Shown here in pieces: positions 50,681 through 64,000 of a stretch of 64,000 bases of DNA. How positions within the stretch are numbered: position 1 is the stretch's first letter; each line of letters starts with the position of its first letter. The notes below the pieces were generated by a model. That model ran no database searches. It saw only the letters and a program-made list of their open reading frames with translations, and was not told the DNA's origin. This stretch comes from Spongospora subterranea f. sp. subterranea (lineage: Eukaryota), in the NCBI GenBank assembly GCA_049724395.1, contig JAUGWO010000024.1, positions 1 through 64,000 on the forward strand. The letters run 5' to 3'. The position numbers and the translations under genes were made by a program.

Positions 50681-51561
50681 TTACTGGTCTAACGATGACG
50701 ATGAAGATGATGCAGAAAAAGATGGGCGTTTGCGTCGTGTTGCGTTGCGTTTGAACGCCCTGCGCCTATGTGGAGGCGACGTCGGACGGCCCCTCCACAA
50801 TCCTTCAATAGGGTCTACATCCAGATCCGAATCTGCATCTTGAATCAAACTTTGGTCCCCCGTTCTGAACCATGATGCTTCCAATCCATCCCGGTATTCT
50901 CTTAGAAAAGAATCCATCCTTTCTGCGATTGACGATCTGATAGGTCGCTGATTTTCTAACCGATCCATCGTGCTAAATCGGGTTCTCGGTACAGGAACGT
51001 CATCCTGATCAGATCGATCATCAAGGAACTGTAGTTTATCTGTCGCTGCTGAAGAAGGATATTCTTGAAAATTGCAACGACTTGTCGGTGAGACTTGATC
51101 AGGAATCGATGAAATTCTATGTGGTATTGATGCCGGTAATGGCGGCGTTGTTCCAGAAGCAGGGGATTCTGGGTAATTAGCCAGATACCGATCTAACTCA
51201 GCGGTGGCCGGATATCGTGACAACATTCTATGAGGTTCTGGTACGATTTGATCTTACTACAAATAGACAAAAACAATATTCGAAATTGATCGTATGAACA
51301 TATATATTGTGTCTAACGCAATGATCCTCGTAATTTTCTTCTAGTAAACGATGTTCGCGGGCGTCGACTGCTATGTGAAGGTGGTGGGCCAAGTGGACGA
51401 TCAGGAGTAAACTGATCATGGAGATCAGTCATCCCTCTGATATGGGGCTGTGGCGTCCAAGGCAGCGATCGTAACGTGAATCTGGGCGTTGCCACGCCCA
51501 GATGTGTTAACGTTGGCCCATCGCTCCAATATCCCCCATTATCTTCTAAATTCACATCCAC
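50681..51561 (-). CDS. hypothetical low-complexity protein (separate gene or 3' part of the neighbour)
   Basis: ORFs 51313-51561 and 50681-51226 are separated by an AT-rich intron-like stretch; Pro/Ser/Arg-rich; no recognisable domain. Confidence 0.4.
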
Positions 51562-51669
51562 TAATACCCTATTACAAACCGTTATTAAAAAACCGAAAGC
51601 CTCTGAAATATAGATTTCATTTGAACATCAAACATTGGAAAGTAAAACAATGCAAATCTGAATTATTAT

Positions 51670-53528
51670 GAAATCATTCAGATTACTTATGGGAATGTTT
51701 CAGGGGGAGTTGGTTTTTTCCTAGTGATGTGGATGTGCCAGATATTGAATGTATATCTTCTGGTGCCTGCTCAAAAAATCATATTAAGTCTCTCCCAAAA
51801 TTTGACCTTTCAAGACAATACAAACCGACCGCGAATAATGATCTGACCACGTCCAACGACGTCCGATTTGACAGTCGATTATTTAGATTGGAATTACATG
51901 AGTATTCTGATTGATCCTGTAAAAACATATTGTCAAGTTTTGACCTCTACAACCGAACGCAATGCGGGCTGCTGGGACCTGTTTAATCGCTTTTCGAGGA
52001 GGAGACCTTCTTCTTCTGACAGATGGTAATTGCGGTGAGCGCAAAAGGGGATGTGGTCGCGATTTAGTTGCAATCTTGTTGGGTTTGATCCTCACTGAAA
52101 AATAAATCTGTTCAAACACAGCCGAACACAAAATCTCTGAAACAATGCAAACGACATTGTGGCGAACCCGCTGTAACTGTTATATCTAGATGTAGGAGAT
52201 TGTGATTAGCGCCAGAATTATCAGGTGCGAAACTCGCTGATTTTTTCGATATCACTGAACCTTTCTTCTGTAGTTTCGATGCTCGTATCTGTTCCAAACA
52301 ACAATGTTCAGACGATGAAGGTCTGATGGAAAAATTCGGGTTGAGACTGGCGAAACGCTTTTCACCTGAGTTGAAAGGGACGTTAATTTGGTGAATATGG
52401 CGCCAGTAATATCATGACCAGGAGGAAGGAATAATGAGGCGAACTCGTAAGCTTTCTTATAGCTTGAATACGCCACATCAAACCTTACAGGAAGTTGGTC
52501 AGATGTGACAATAACTATAGGATTAGAGCGACCCGGAAACATATTCACCTTCTGAGAAATTCGTTCTCGACAGCGATGTTGTGATAGGCGACAGCGGCGA
52601 CGATGTGCCGAGGTTGCTGATCGACATCAGAGCTGGCTCGGGCCAGTTGCATATTGACCGCATTCAGAGCGCATTGGGAATAATAGATGGCTGATCGATG
52701 ACGGCCCATCTCGGAAAGGATCGTCGAGATATTCAATAGTGTCTCTGTTCATAGCATCGTCTTTGGTCAATTTGGATGATGCATTCGTCGTCAAATTGCA
52801 GAAAACGAACAGTTTGGGAGGGACAACCAACAAGTTCCGTTGAATCATATCACCATAAAATTTCAAATGATCAAACCTGGAACAGGGGTGAGCTTTCCTC
52901 CATTACTGGGAATTCGCTTTTCAATTTTCAGAGCCGTCGAGATCGCCCTCAAAGCTAGATGATGATCGCCGAACCTAGAAAACGAACAAGATCAACGATC
53001 ACTTGTTCGAATTAGTTCGTAAACTTGATGTGAATTTTGGAAATGATCGGGTTCAACAAACCGGACAGGCCGATAGTTATTGCGTTGAAATCATGTTGGA
53101 GTTGTGTTGATATTTACCTTCGATGAAGGCAGCTGATATTGCTCAGCGTTGCCGCTCGTAATGATATTTGCCGGTCTAGTTTGGTCCCTCGTGTCAGCGA
53201 TAGCGCTTTCCGAAATATATCCAGTGCGATCTGGTAGTTGGATGAGTGTTTCAGCACCAGACGCAGTGCAAAATCATTATATCGGCCGGCCAAGAACAGT
53301 TCGGCTTCGATCGTCAGAATGTTATCGACGCCCACTGATTCTCGTTGAAGCTCGAGTGCTTTTTCTAGGCAGGCGATCTCTTGTCCATGCCGTCCCTAAT
53401 ATCATTAACTTGAAAACAAGACCTCTTGTCAATACAAATGTTTTCACCTTAATACGATTCGAATCGGCGTCGGCGATGTACTGATGAACCCGATCGCTTG
53501 GGTCGACACTTTCGTCGGATTCATCCAT
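51670..53528 (-). CDS. TPR-like helical-repeat protein, multi-exon
   Basis: ALDIFRKALSLT..AATLSNISCLHRR, LNISTILSEMGRHRSAIYYSQCAL, AVAYHNIAVENEFL, YKKAYEFASLFLPPGH; 3' end approximate. Confidence 0.7.
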
Positions 53529-53736
53529 CGTGGCCAACATAGTTTCACCACCAGCTTTGTGCGAAAGAGCAAACGGGTCAATGTTTCATAACGAGATCGC
53601 GATATCGTACTGCCTTGGAGCGAACGATATTTGAGAAGGAACGAGCGCCGACGGTACCTCACCAGAGCCACAAATATAGATCACTGGGGAGAATAATCAC
53701 TTCTGGGGATTTATTTTTTATACACACAAAATGGGA

Positions 53737-56700
53737 TTACGCCAATCCAGACTGCATCTTACTCGTTATTCGGCGGGCGAACTTCAGCGGTTCGTCCGAA
53801 TCGGTGAGCTGTCCGACAACGTCTGATAGAATCTATTCATGAAGGATTAATAGCTATTTTGGTAAGCGGAGACAGTAAAATGATGACCGTTTCATAAGGT
53901 AGCCGTTGTAATCTTGACCGGCATCCGTCGAAAGAACAAAGGTTCGCTAATGAATACATACAAGTTCTCCGAACGATTGCATCGGCTGAAATGTTGCCTA
54001 TAAACTCTGGTTAACTACCGGTTTGTGTTTCCAAGTTATTTTACCAATGCATCCTAGCAACGTCTCAACTGCTCCTGCAGATAATAGATCTCCAACAACT
54101 TTATCCGAAAACCGCGCGAGATTGCCTATTGCACCAGCAGCGTTGATGGTAATTCTCCTGTCGATGCCACTCGTTGAAGCCTGTGAAAACTTTTAGGCGA
54201 CATTAACAGGCGATAACAAATTGAGATTCGATACGCTATAAGACAACGCATTTATCAACTGCGGAATACATGGCGATAAACTCTGGCAGAGCTCATCGTT
54301 GTGGAAAACGGCGTTTCCGATGGCAAACGCCGCATATTTTCGCACCTATAAGAACAATAGTAAACAACTTGACAATTATGCAATACAATGATGAAGAACC
54401 TGAGGGTCATGGTCACCGCAGCAATCAATCAAAGGTGGAAGGATCCCATTTTCTTGAAAATGCTTATAGAAAAATGGAGAAAACCGACAAAGGTTCCCGA
54501 TTAAGTTACAGGCCTGCAGAGAATTTACGAACAGGACGTGACATCAAGCAGTAAAACATACCTTTACTCGAATATCGGCGTTGTCATGTTTGAGAAAAAT
54601 GACCAGAACGGGATATATATGTGACTGATGGATATGTTGATAGTTGGACATATCTGTGCGAGCTAACTGGCACAACAACGTTAGCACCTAATTAAGCGTT
54701 AAGCAAGCATTGAAAACATTCTGATTAGGGCAACGCTACATCAGCTAGAGCGGCAGTTGGAGCGTTGGAATCGGTAAAAAAAGTCACTTTGGCGAACATT
54801 TGCAGTCCGTTGTAGTCGACAAATTGCCGGGCGAAATGCTTTGATGAGCAGACAAGCTTGGCCAAAAGTGACAACAGAGATTCTTGCGAATGATTGGTAG
54901 AGAACGAAATGGCATTGATCAAGTGCTGTATCGCGTGTTGATTATACCTAAGCGAAAAAACTTAAAGGGTGCGAAAACGGATCATTCAAGCCGAAACAAC
55001 ATCGCCTTCTGTACTCTTGCAAGCGTCACCGAGTCGATATCGGGATTGCAAAGAGGGATGTTGAGCAACCGAACAACAGACTGAATTAGACTGGCAACGG
55101 CTTTCCGTCCACCTCCCGATTGTTCTGGCCACACTGCCAATTTCTGGAGGCGGAATTCGTGCAGAAGGCAAATTACTCCTGAAACTACCGACTACAGAAC
55201 GTCAACTTCTAGTTTTGGAAGGGCATGCGTTACAAACCAGATTCATGTATACAGGTACATCTCGCGAGGGTTCGTCAGCAACAGCAGCGTAAAGCAGTTC
55301 AACTAAGTTAACTACACCATTAGGTGACAACCAATTCCAAACGTGCTGGATATGAAGCCCTTCGGACAATCTCTGCCACAAACCGCAAGTTCGTAATGCT
55401 GGAGCAAATGTACCAGGTCTCGATGCCACTCCTAAATATTATAAGAGCAACAAAGCAATGCATTGCATAACGACTACCGTATCGCAATAAATCTATGCAG
55501 GAATCGAAATATGCAGTATCTAAAAAAATATTAATTAATCTTGGATGGAAACTCCAAGACCGCAATACCAATAACTCCATAGCCAGTTCCGAATAATTCG
55601 CGGCAAGCTAATTCCCATTTATTCGGAGGGATATTGCTCATTGACATAGAGGGTGAGCCAGACAGGTTCTGGTAATGGTGACAGTTAGACAAATACGACA
55701 TTGCAGGAATAATCTCACCTCGCCTTTAAACATAGTCAAATGCTGATTATCCGCCATGCTTGAAATGTGTTGAAGAAACGGTTTTGATGTGATGATGGAC
55801 ATTACCGGATAGTCTTTCTGAACAGAAGTCAAGTTTACAGGTGATCAATTTTTGTGAAAAAAGTTCCATACATCATTAACCGAAGACAGTGTGACAATAG
55901 CGGCGACCGACATTGCCGGAGTGGCACTGGTCACAAACGATTGCAGATCAGGCTTGAGAAATGTTGGAATCAAAGATGCTTCTTTGATAACTGCGAAACC
56001 GATAACTAGCTGTTTCAACGGGGGAGGTTGCCAAAATATTACCAAGCAACGCAAGTGCTGAGACTAATCCATGCGGCGTGCCAGAACGAACTAAGGCCTT
56101 CAGGCGAAAGATTGCGGGTTGCTATTCAAAAGGTTATAAAAAGGTCCATGACTTCTGTTAACATTGAAATTACGTTTTTGAGCAACAAATTCCTAGCACT
56201 AGGAGACCGTTTACACACCTAAAAAAATAATTAAATGACAACGGCAAGCAAATTATCCTTGATTTCAAATACCTCCCTTATAATCCTCAAAATAGCAATT
56301 AATAGTTCAGGGCGATGGGATTCGAGAAGTAATGTGCAGAGGTCCGACATGCCATTGGATTGATTTACAGAATTTGCTAATGATTCTCCCACCTGCATCA
56401 TTTTGTTCACAGCTTCTACCATATTGATAGTGCTTGACATACCGCGTTGGCCCAATTACAGATTGCGCTAGAAAACGTACGTAGTGCTTGAGAAACTTCT
56501 TCAACCTGAAGTGCACGACAGTTCGTAAATGTTATAAGAGAGAATGCGTTCCTATTGCCTGTATAGCGCTAGTCTGCTCCCCACCCAAAGGGAAAGCTAG
56601 ACACATACCAGAAGTAGGAGCAATCAGGTCCGAGAGTATGCATAGAGCCGTGTTTCCCATTGCAGCGGTTGGCAGCAGTGCCAATATGGAAGATATAAAT

Positions 56701-58687
56701 CTATGGTCGAGGTTATTAAAGCAGCAGAATCTGAGTGTAACAGCTGACGAATGTTCGGATTACGATGGATTGCAGATAGATTTCGCGAAAGAATCGTTTT
56801 CTGTATGACAAGGCGCAGCAGCGAATTTTCGAAGGCATTTCCAGGTGATCGCCAGAACGACAGGACAGTCATTCTGAGTTGTTAAAAAAAGCGGCACCGC
56901 GGGAATGAAGTAAGTCGCAAAATCCGCGAGAAAACTGGAACTATAATCGACGTCACACAGTACATTACAGAGACCATCAACGTTCTGCAAAATAATAGCA
57001 CGATCCGATCCTGAGCAAAATATTAAGTAAGCAAACCTGAAAGTTCAGAAGTAGGGGCTCGTACCAGAGCTAGTGCTTAGACAGACAAGAACAGGAGAAA
57101 CAATACTGGAACAGAGTAAACGATCGGGCTCCGAGGGAGAGCTGGTTGATGTACAGGCTCCTAATACGCTCAATAAAGTCTCCCATACAGAAAAACTTGG
57201 AGAAGTCTGGGAATGCTCAGAAAACCTATGGACGTAAAAGGCATAGGCTGACCTTCAATGCCGCCAATAGGTCATGTTGAAATTCTGGATTGGTTCGAAG
57301 AGCGCGCGCGGCATCGACGTCTCTGATGGTTCCTCCATAATCCCAGGGTCTCGACGATGAAATCGCCAAAAGAGACTTCTGCTTTCCCGATTTGTTTTGT
57401 AGATCCGGGCTTGGCGAGCGAGTTTTATTCGTTGGCGTCTTATCTGGAACGGTCTCTTCCCTTTCATTGAGCAAAGCAGGTTGAAACAGGAACTGCGAGT
57501 TGCACAAGCGATCTCTGAGATTATGATAGAAGTAAGATCCTGAAATTAAGCGGCGCTTCCAGTTTTACCTAGGTGTTGATATTTTCTCTCGGGTTTTCCT
57601 CTCATCGTCAGTTTCGCGTATGAAAGGATGTCGTAATAATTGCGGCCAAGACAATCGTTTGCTTACAAAAATAAATACAAACACAGTCTTAATTAAAGTG
57701 AACACACCTTGGCTCCTTGTGAAGGAGACCCGATATAAACGATTTGAAACGCTTCGACATATCATCAGGATAAGGGACTGGGTCTTTCACAATTCTATGT
57801 ATCAAGGTGTATATGCTTTTTGTGTAGAACGGAGGATGCCCAACAAAGAGCTCGTATAAAATGACACCAAGCGACCATAAATCAACTGGAAAATATTCAA
57901 AACACGATGCCAATTGAAGGGCCATTGAACCTGTATGATCGTAGGGTTTTTCTTGAACCAATTCGGGTGCCTTAAGACATTTCAGATGAGTTTACAAATG
58001 GCAAATTCTATGTACCATATAGAGTGGTGTTCCTTTGATCGATGTCATACAGATAGAATGCGTGCTTAAAGACCTAGCAAATCCAAAATCACATAATTTG
58101 ACGGAACCACCTGCCCCAATCAAAATGTTCTGCGCGCCGACACTTGAGGAGAAATGTGGGAAAACGCCTTATATGACACTGACCTGTGGCTTCATGTCTC
58201 TGTGAATCACTCTATGAGAATGAAGATATTGCAATGCGGCGACCAATTCGATGGCGATTCGTTTAATTATGGGCTCTGGCAGTCGCTTATCATCCTCTAA
58301 TACCTATCGCGGCAACTGTATAAATATGGGAAACCGTAAAAAAACAAAATGTACCTGATAAAGTTCTCCTTGCGCCATCTCGGTGACTACACATATCTCA
58401 GTGTTTGTTTCGAACCAATCAAGCAACAGTATTATATTTGCATGGTTCAAATCCTGACACAGTAGAGGCAGAAACTCAGCTTCACAACAAAACGACTGAA
58501 TTAGAAATTATGAATGTTTCCTGACCTGCAATATGGCGATTTCTTGCCTCAACATGGATATGCAAGTTTTCCCACGTTTGACAATAAACTTCATGGCGAC
58601 CAGCTGGCCGGTTGACTTTCGTCTGCCTTTGTATACCTTGCCGAAAGAGCCTTCGCCTATCGGCTCCAATATGTGGTAGTGATCCAT
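53737..58687 (-). CDS. STK36: Fused/STK36/TIO Ser/Thr kinase with C-terminal ARM/HEAT repeats; many introns
   Basis: [105 protein letters not shown]-terminal [15 protein letters not shown] and [14 protein letters not shown] motifs. Confidence 0.93.
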
Positions 58688-59649
58688 TTGGATTTGCGGT
58701 CGCAATCACCTCGCGATGATCATAAATAATAAGCGGGTAACCCGGACAGGACCAGATATGGATCCATGTGTAACGCTGCGGCTGGGCTGTTGTACCCGTC
58801 GCACTATGGCTCAGAGACAAAATTCGATCGCAGCCCATTTTGCAGTTTACTATGTCCTCGCCAAAGCAACGTTGCACAACAGACTCGCGCTCGCAGGAAG
58901 TCAGTGCACACGCAAACATTTGAAACCGTTGGTCTCGACATGCCTGTACACACTGTGTAACACCACTCCAATTGCCGGGTGCTGTACATCACGCAGGGTG
59001 TGCGCCTCACTCAGAATGTCGATAATAGTTGGCAACAGCCGGCGCCTCCTAGTCGCTAGCGGTCATTTATTTGATCATTTTTAAATTTTCATTTGACACG
59101 TCATTCTTCAGTTCGGCATGTCCTGAATGAGCCCATGTTCATGCCATACGTTGACCACAATGCTTTACGAAATTCACAAATCAAAATTTTTTCAGGAAAT
59201 TTGAGCTGGCGAATTCAACCTACTGTAGCCGTCTCACCTATGTGAACTAGGGTTTCAAAAGAGGGGCAGTGATTTACAACACATCCTCTTTGCAGCACCT
59301 GGTGCTTTTCTATCTCATCGATCTGTCGTCTTCGCCGTCTGGTGCAAAACGGAGTGGTTGAGGACATTCATTGTGCAGAGTTGTGGAACTGTGCCTGCAA
59401 ATTTCGATCACGAGTTATTGAGAACACGCCATAACCGGCATTCTCGAAATAATCGGAGAAATATCTTTGACTACGGGTTTTCATTGGATGCTCAAACAGC
59501 TCCTTGAGCAGTTTAAGGAGTTGACCGTCATGATGCCATTTTCCTATCAGGAATACAAAACGGCAACGGCCTCAAGACGCCCACTGGTGCTTGCAAATTG
59601 TTTCGTTTGAGAGATTTATGCGGAAAACCATTAAGAACAAAGAACGCCC

Positions 59650-59790
59650 TAGGTATATGTTGACGACACCACACAATGCCACCATCGCTCTTCCAAGAAA
59701 GAGGTTGCAGAGAAGCTACAGCAATGCAGCAGCGAACTGAACAATTAATGCAAAGCCAACAAAATTAAACTACAATGGATGAAGGCATTT
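59650..59790 (+). mobile_element. non-LTR (LINE) reverse transcriptase fragment
   Basis: YVDDTT....EVAEKLQQCSSELNN*CKANKIKL matches the YxDD...LQ...L..W...N.LKL pattern. Confidence 0.5.
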
Positions 59791-62700
59791 ATCTCCTATT
59801 TCATACATAGACACGAAGACAACTGACAAATCGTGGGTCGGTGCAAATCACATAATCCACACAGCACCAACAATGAAATACCTAAATTTTTGGCAAATCC
59901 AGCTTGTGGTTTTCTATTTCTAATTCATAGCCCCTCGTGACATGTAGCAACGGTCCCAAAGGGTGTTCGTTGTTTGGATTCTGGACCCTCTGTTTCATGG
60001 CTTTCCGAGAACCTTGGATGAAACGGGGTATTTGATGAAATTGCGATATGATAACGGGATCCTGGATAATTCCCTATCGTGAAATTCTGACTGGAATCAA
60101 AACAGTCAAGGAAAACCAGGTGTATATATTAACATTTTTCACCAAGAGACCCTGCTTTATACTCGCCCATCAGCTGTCTGCCGAGCGCCGGATTTGCTTT
60201 TCAAAATAGCAAGGTGCTACAGCCTCTTCTTGGGAATAATGGTAGGAATATTTCGTGACCTTAACGACATTCTTCTCCCATTTACAACCTTGAACGAGGC
60301 GATCTTGATTCGCGCATCTTCATTGAGTCGTCGGCGGATCTGATACCTTCTCTTCGGAATGTTTCTAAAACCACTTTTGGTGATTTGTTTCCGAATTACA
60401 ATTTCCGTTGCAACTGGAATAATATTTTTAACTGCGGCGGAAACATTTCTAGTCCTCGGCGCGTGCTTTGGAAGCTTTTTCAACGATTTTCTCTGAGGAA
60501 ATGTTCGTGGCCGCCTCCGTTGATGATTTCCGAGTTTCGATGGTCGATTAACAATGGGGGCAAATAATCTCGTGGCAATTGCCGGATCCAGATAGAAGAT
60601 AGGACTGGATGGCTGTAAGTTCCCTGTAATGGGGAACCGATGCAAAACTCTCCTTCTAACCTGAGGCATATTATCAAATAATGGCAGTCGCGTTCGAATT
60701 TACCGGAATTGACCCGAATGTTGGGTGATGGATTAATCCAGACAAAGAGTTTGTTGACATATTCCCCTGTCGTTTTCGACATTCTGACTTGAGACATGTC
60801 TTCGGTTGCGTTAAGCTTCATATCCTTACGCAACCCAAGTCCTGCAGCAGCTGGCGCCGCTTGTAGTTTGCAGTTTTACATACAGTTTGTGCAATATGCT
60901 TCTCTTGAGCAAGGACCGCCTGTTTATCATCAAGGTGGACCTCAATTCCTAAATATCGACGAGGCGATGAGATTTCGGCACCCAAACTGGATCGCAGAAC
61001 GTAGTTTCGATTTTTGAGGTTCTACTTTGCGACAATAGCAAACACTGGACACTCGTCTTTGCAACCAGGCAACGGATTGAAGCAGTTGACACTAGAAGGG
61101 GATCCACCGAATGAGAAAGGATATGTTGCCCAATGATATCGGTTTAATTTTTTGGGCATTTTGAGGGTTTCTGGTCGTTGAATCTCCAGTCGAAGGTTTT
61201 GAGTTGATTTCACTCTTCGTATTCAATTCTTGGTCAACAGGACAAGATTGAATGGTGCCAATCATATCCAAGCGTTATTCAGGCCAGAGATTGAACAGTA
61301 CAACCTTCAATTGCGCACCAGAAATGGCATCTATGTCGACAACATGGAGATTGCGGCCACCAAAGACGTCCAACGACACATTGATCAAAAATTGAGCGAA
61401 AACATAGTAATCAACCTTCAGCGAAGCCGCGGCGCGTTCTCATTTCTCACCTAGCTATATCGACAAACGTTGGGTCAAACCTCCAATATCTTGTATATGC
61501 TCTTCACATCAGCAACGACTGCCTCAGACCTTTGCCAATTGACTAGAAGAGCGCCAGAGGACAGCAAAGGACATTATCGATTTATGCTAAATGAAAGTGA
61601 TCCGAGAACCCTCTTCAAAAGCTACTGTTGCTGGCGTCGTGGCGCTCGTACCCTTCGGCATCTCAACGCCCGACACCTCAGATGCGTATGCCTCGTTTTC
61701 CACTTCAAAGAGGGATCGGTCGATGGCGAGCAAGGTCTCGACGGTCGATGTGCCCGCCAGGATTATCCCGTTGACCAGAATCACGAGTATTGCCAGGAGG
61801 ATCACCGGGCACCCTGATAACAGTTACGAATCGGACATCGGCAATGTGACACAAATACGTTTGTTTGCATTTTCTGCATTGTAAATCACTGAACACTGAA
61901 GGATTCACACTGGAACTCACCGGAGTTCCGATTTTATCCTTAAATAGGTTTGAAACAACAGAGACAGTAAGAGATTCAAATTGGATGTCATCTAATTCCA
62001 GCTGCTGACATATAATATTGTATGACAGATGAATAAATCACATATTGTAAAAACACCAAAATGAAGTTCATTAATAGACGAAGGCGATTATATGGTCAAC
62101 TCTGGCGACGTGATGATTGAAAGTTGATATATCTTCATCGGTTCAAAAGAAAGGTGAAAAGAACAATCAATTGGTTAAGGTGTTAGATAATACTGCTATG
62201 TGGAGCGTTTTTGAACAAAGGCACTGTGTGAATGGGGATGCCCTGAGTATTGAAGCACATCAATCGGCGATCTAACGATCACGAGAGAGAGCGTCAAAAG
62301 AAGAAAAACAACAGAGCGAATGTATTGAAAAGGGAATATAAACAGAATAGAAGAATTTTGCGATTATGCACAAATCTTATGATAAGCATTTTGGTTCGAG
62401 AGGACGGTCAGGCATCAATGTCGTCATCAGGAGATGAGGACACGCCATCCTCATCATCAGCATAATCAAGTTTGTCACCTTTAGGAGATATTGGATTATG
62501 AACGTCGTCAAGCGGAAGGATAATGCTTACCAGAGCGCCGCTGTTTCCTCTGTTTACTGGCGCTCCGCCGATCGTGATCAGAGGAATATTTCTTATGATC
62601 GTGACGCCAATTCTGACGCGACGAATGTTTCTTGTGGGCACGTCGAGGACGATGATGTATTGCAGACGACGCTTGCGACGAGAGATGATCCTTCAGGCGA

Positions 62701-63749
62701 GACATATGATAACTACTGGGCAACACAAATATCAAAAATTACAAAGGGGTAAGTCCAATGATGGACTGACGACATGGGCACCCTAATCATGTTGTTGAAA
62801 AGCGCGGGGGCAGTTTCGATGATGTCATGTTTTTCAGATCGAGTATCGCATTCCGGTTGTGAGATAGAGATCCTAGCGGTGCCATCAGGATCGGCATAGC
62901 ATAGACCGAATGATATGACAATGCAGAGGCAAAGAGCAGCTGAACGACGAGACATGATGTTTATGAGAATGGCGAGGACTTACTTCATGGTCGCAAGATG
63001 ATGCCCGGTTTGGACCCTGGGTCCATGGCGGACTCTAAACTACACTTGACCAGGTGTCATCCCCAGTCATGGATGAGCCCCCAGTTTATGACAAAGTCGA
63101 GTCAGAGAGACTCCAGGTTTTGCTGAGTCGACTCCGACTGACTCGGAATCGACTCAGTGTAACGGGGATTGGCGTAGGGACTAGGGGGCTTCCGGCACGG
63201 CAAACGCTGCACTGCCTGCACAACCCGCTGCGGACCGCCAGACGATGACGAAGAGTCTGAAATTAACCTTTGCGATGAATCTGAGTCCGATGTTATCGAG
63301 TGCGGGCGCCATTATGTGTCCGAGAACGAGGGTGACGGTCTTTCATTTGGCTGTCGAGTTCGTCTGGGGGTACTGTACCCCTCTCTGAGGACAATGCTCA
63401 TATTGAGCAGATTACTGTAAATGGACAGAAACAATTGGGTTGCAAACACTGCAATGCCAAAAAAGTCAAGCAGGTTTGTTCTTACGCCCATGATCCGATT
63501 TCCATAATACCGTCTACCCAACCCATCACATTTTTAGTTATGGGGAACCAAGAATACGTTCACCATTCGTCGGCATTTGAGAAGCAAACACAAATGAAGT
63601 GTACTGTCTTGACCCAACGCAGAAGAAGCTGACCAACGGGTTTGTGAAACTTTCTCAAAACAAAATTATTGAAAGAAAGAAAGCAGGTCCACCCATGAAA
63701 AGTCAACGTGTAGTCAGGTAATGATCGTTTGATCAACTGGATCATACAA

Positions 63750-64000
63750 TCATTCACAGCTGTTCAGTGTCGTGGAGCAGATTGATTTTGTCGATTTCTG
63801 CGCATCTTCAGCAAAAGATCGTACATGTTCCTTATGCAAAGCGTTGTAATTCTTGGTCAATGCAAGATTTGTCGATCCATTGTCTGCGGTTATCGTCCAC
63901 ACAGATGAATGCAAATTAAGATGCATGCCGCTAAGAGTTAGATAGAGCAGCTGCCAGACGCTCAGAAGCGTGAGGATATAGCACTCTGATGAATTCAACA
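63750..64000 (-). mobile_element. probable hAT transposase fragment running off the window edge
   Basis: VWTITADNGSTN matches the hAT second-Asp motif (itxDNxsN); remainder decayed. Confidence 0.4.

Noticed and set aside
59900..61500. Coding-like minus-strand fragments (e.g. 60217-60669)
   Set aside because: Multiple stops and frameshifts and no identifiable family; probably TE debris
61587..61805. Copia RT-like look (ILVNGIILAG...FEVEN)
   Set aside because: The catalytic YVDD is absent and there are no flanking RT motifs; likely coincidental
62713..62955. 80-aa ORF with a signal-peptide-like start
   Set aside because: Short, and the opposite strand shows competing coding and splice signals; unsupported without expression data

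Overview
This is eukaryotic genomic DNA, not prokaryotic. Genes are interrupted by many short (~45-55 nt) GT-AG introns and intergenic gaps are tiny. A Fused/STK36 kinase together with this intron style fits a compact-genome flagellated protist, possibly a plasmodiophorid; that placement is inference only. Two gene-dense blocks alternate with transposon-rich blocks. Block 24.7-39.3 kb holds an ALA2-like P4-ATPase flippase, proteasome RPT3, a PH-PH-PTEN phosphatase, a SAM methyltransferase, a LEA_2-like protein and COG8. Block 47-58.7 kb holds two TPR proteins, a hypothetical gene and Fused/STK36. The TE-rich blocks contain Harbinger, MULE, pogo, gypsy, IS3EU-like, LINE and hAT relics, a 2.5-kb 85-bp satellite, a tRNA-Thr(AGT) and several foldback (inverted) duplications. 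The three best leads are: (1) a FAM76-type Cys-rich domain fused to an F-box plus LRRs; (2) a TIR/TA-bounded pogo element carrying a second intact, convergent ORF (HIRAN-like); (3) a PTEN with two N-terminal PH domains. A +1 indel in the conserved RPT3 gene suggests assembly indel errors, so single frameshifts should not be read as pseudogenisation. Family calls come from motif recognition by eye, with no database searches, and multi-exon coordinates are approximate outer bounds.
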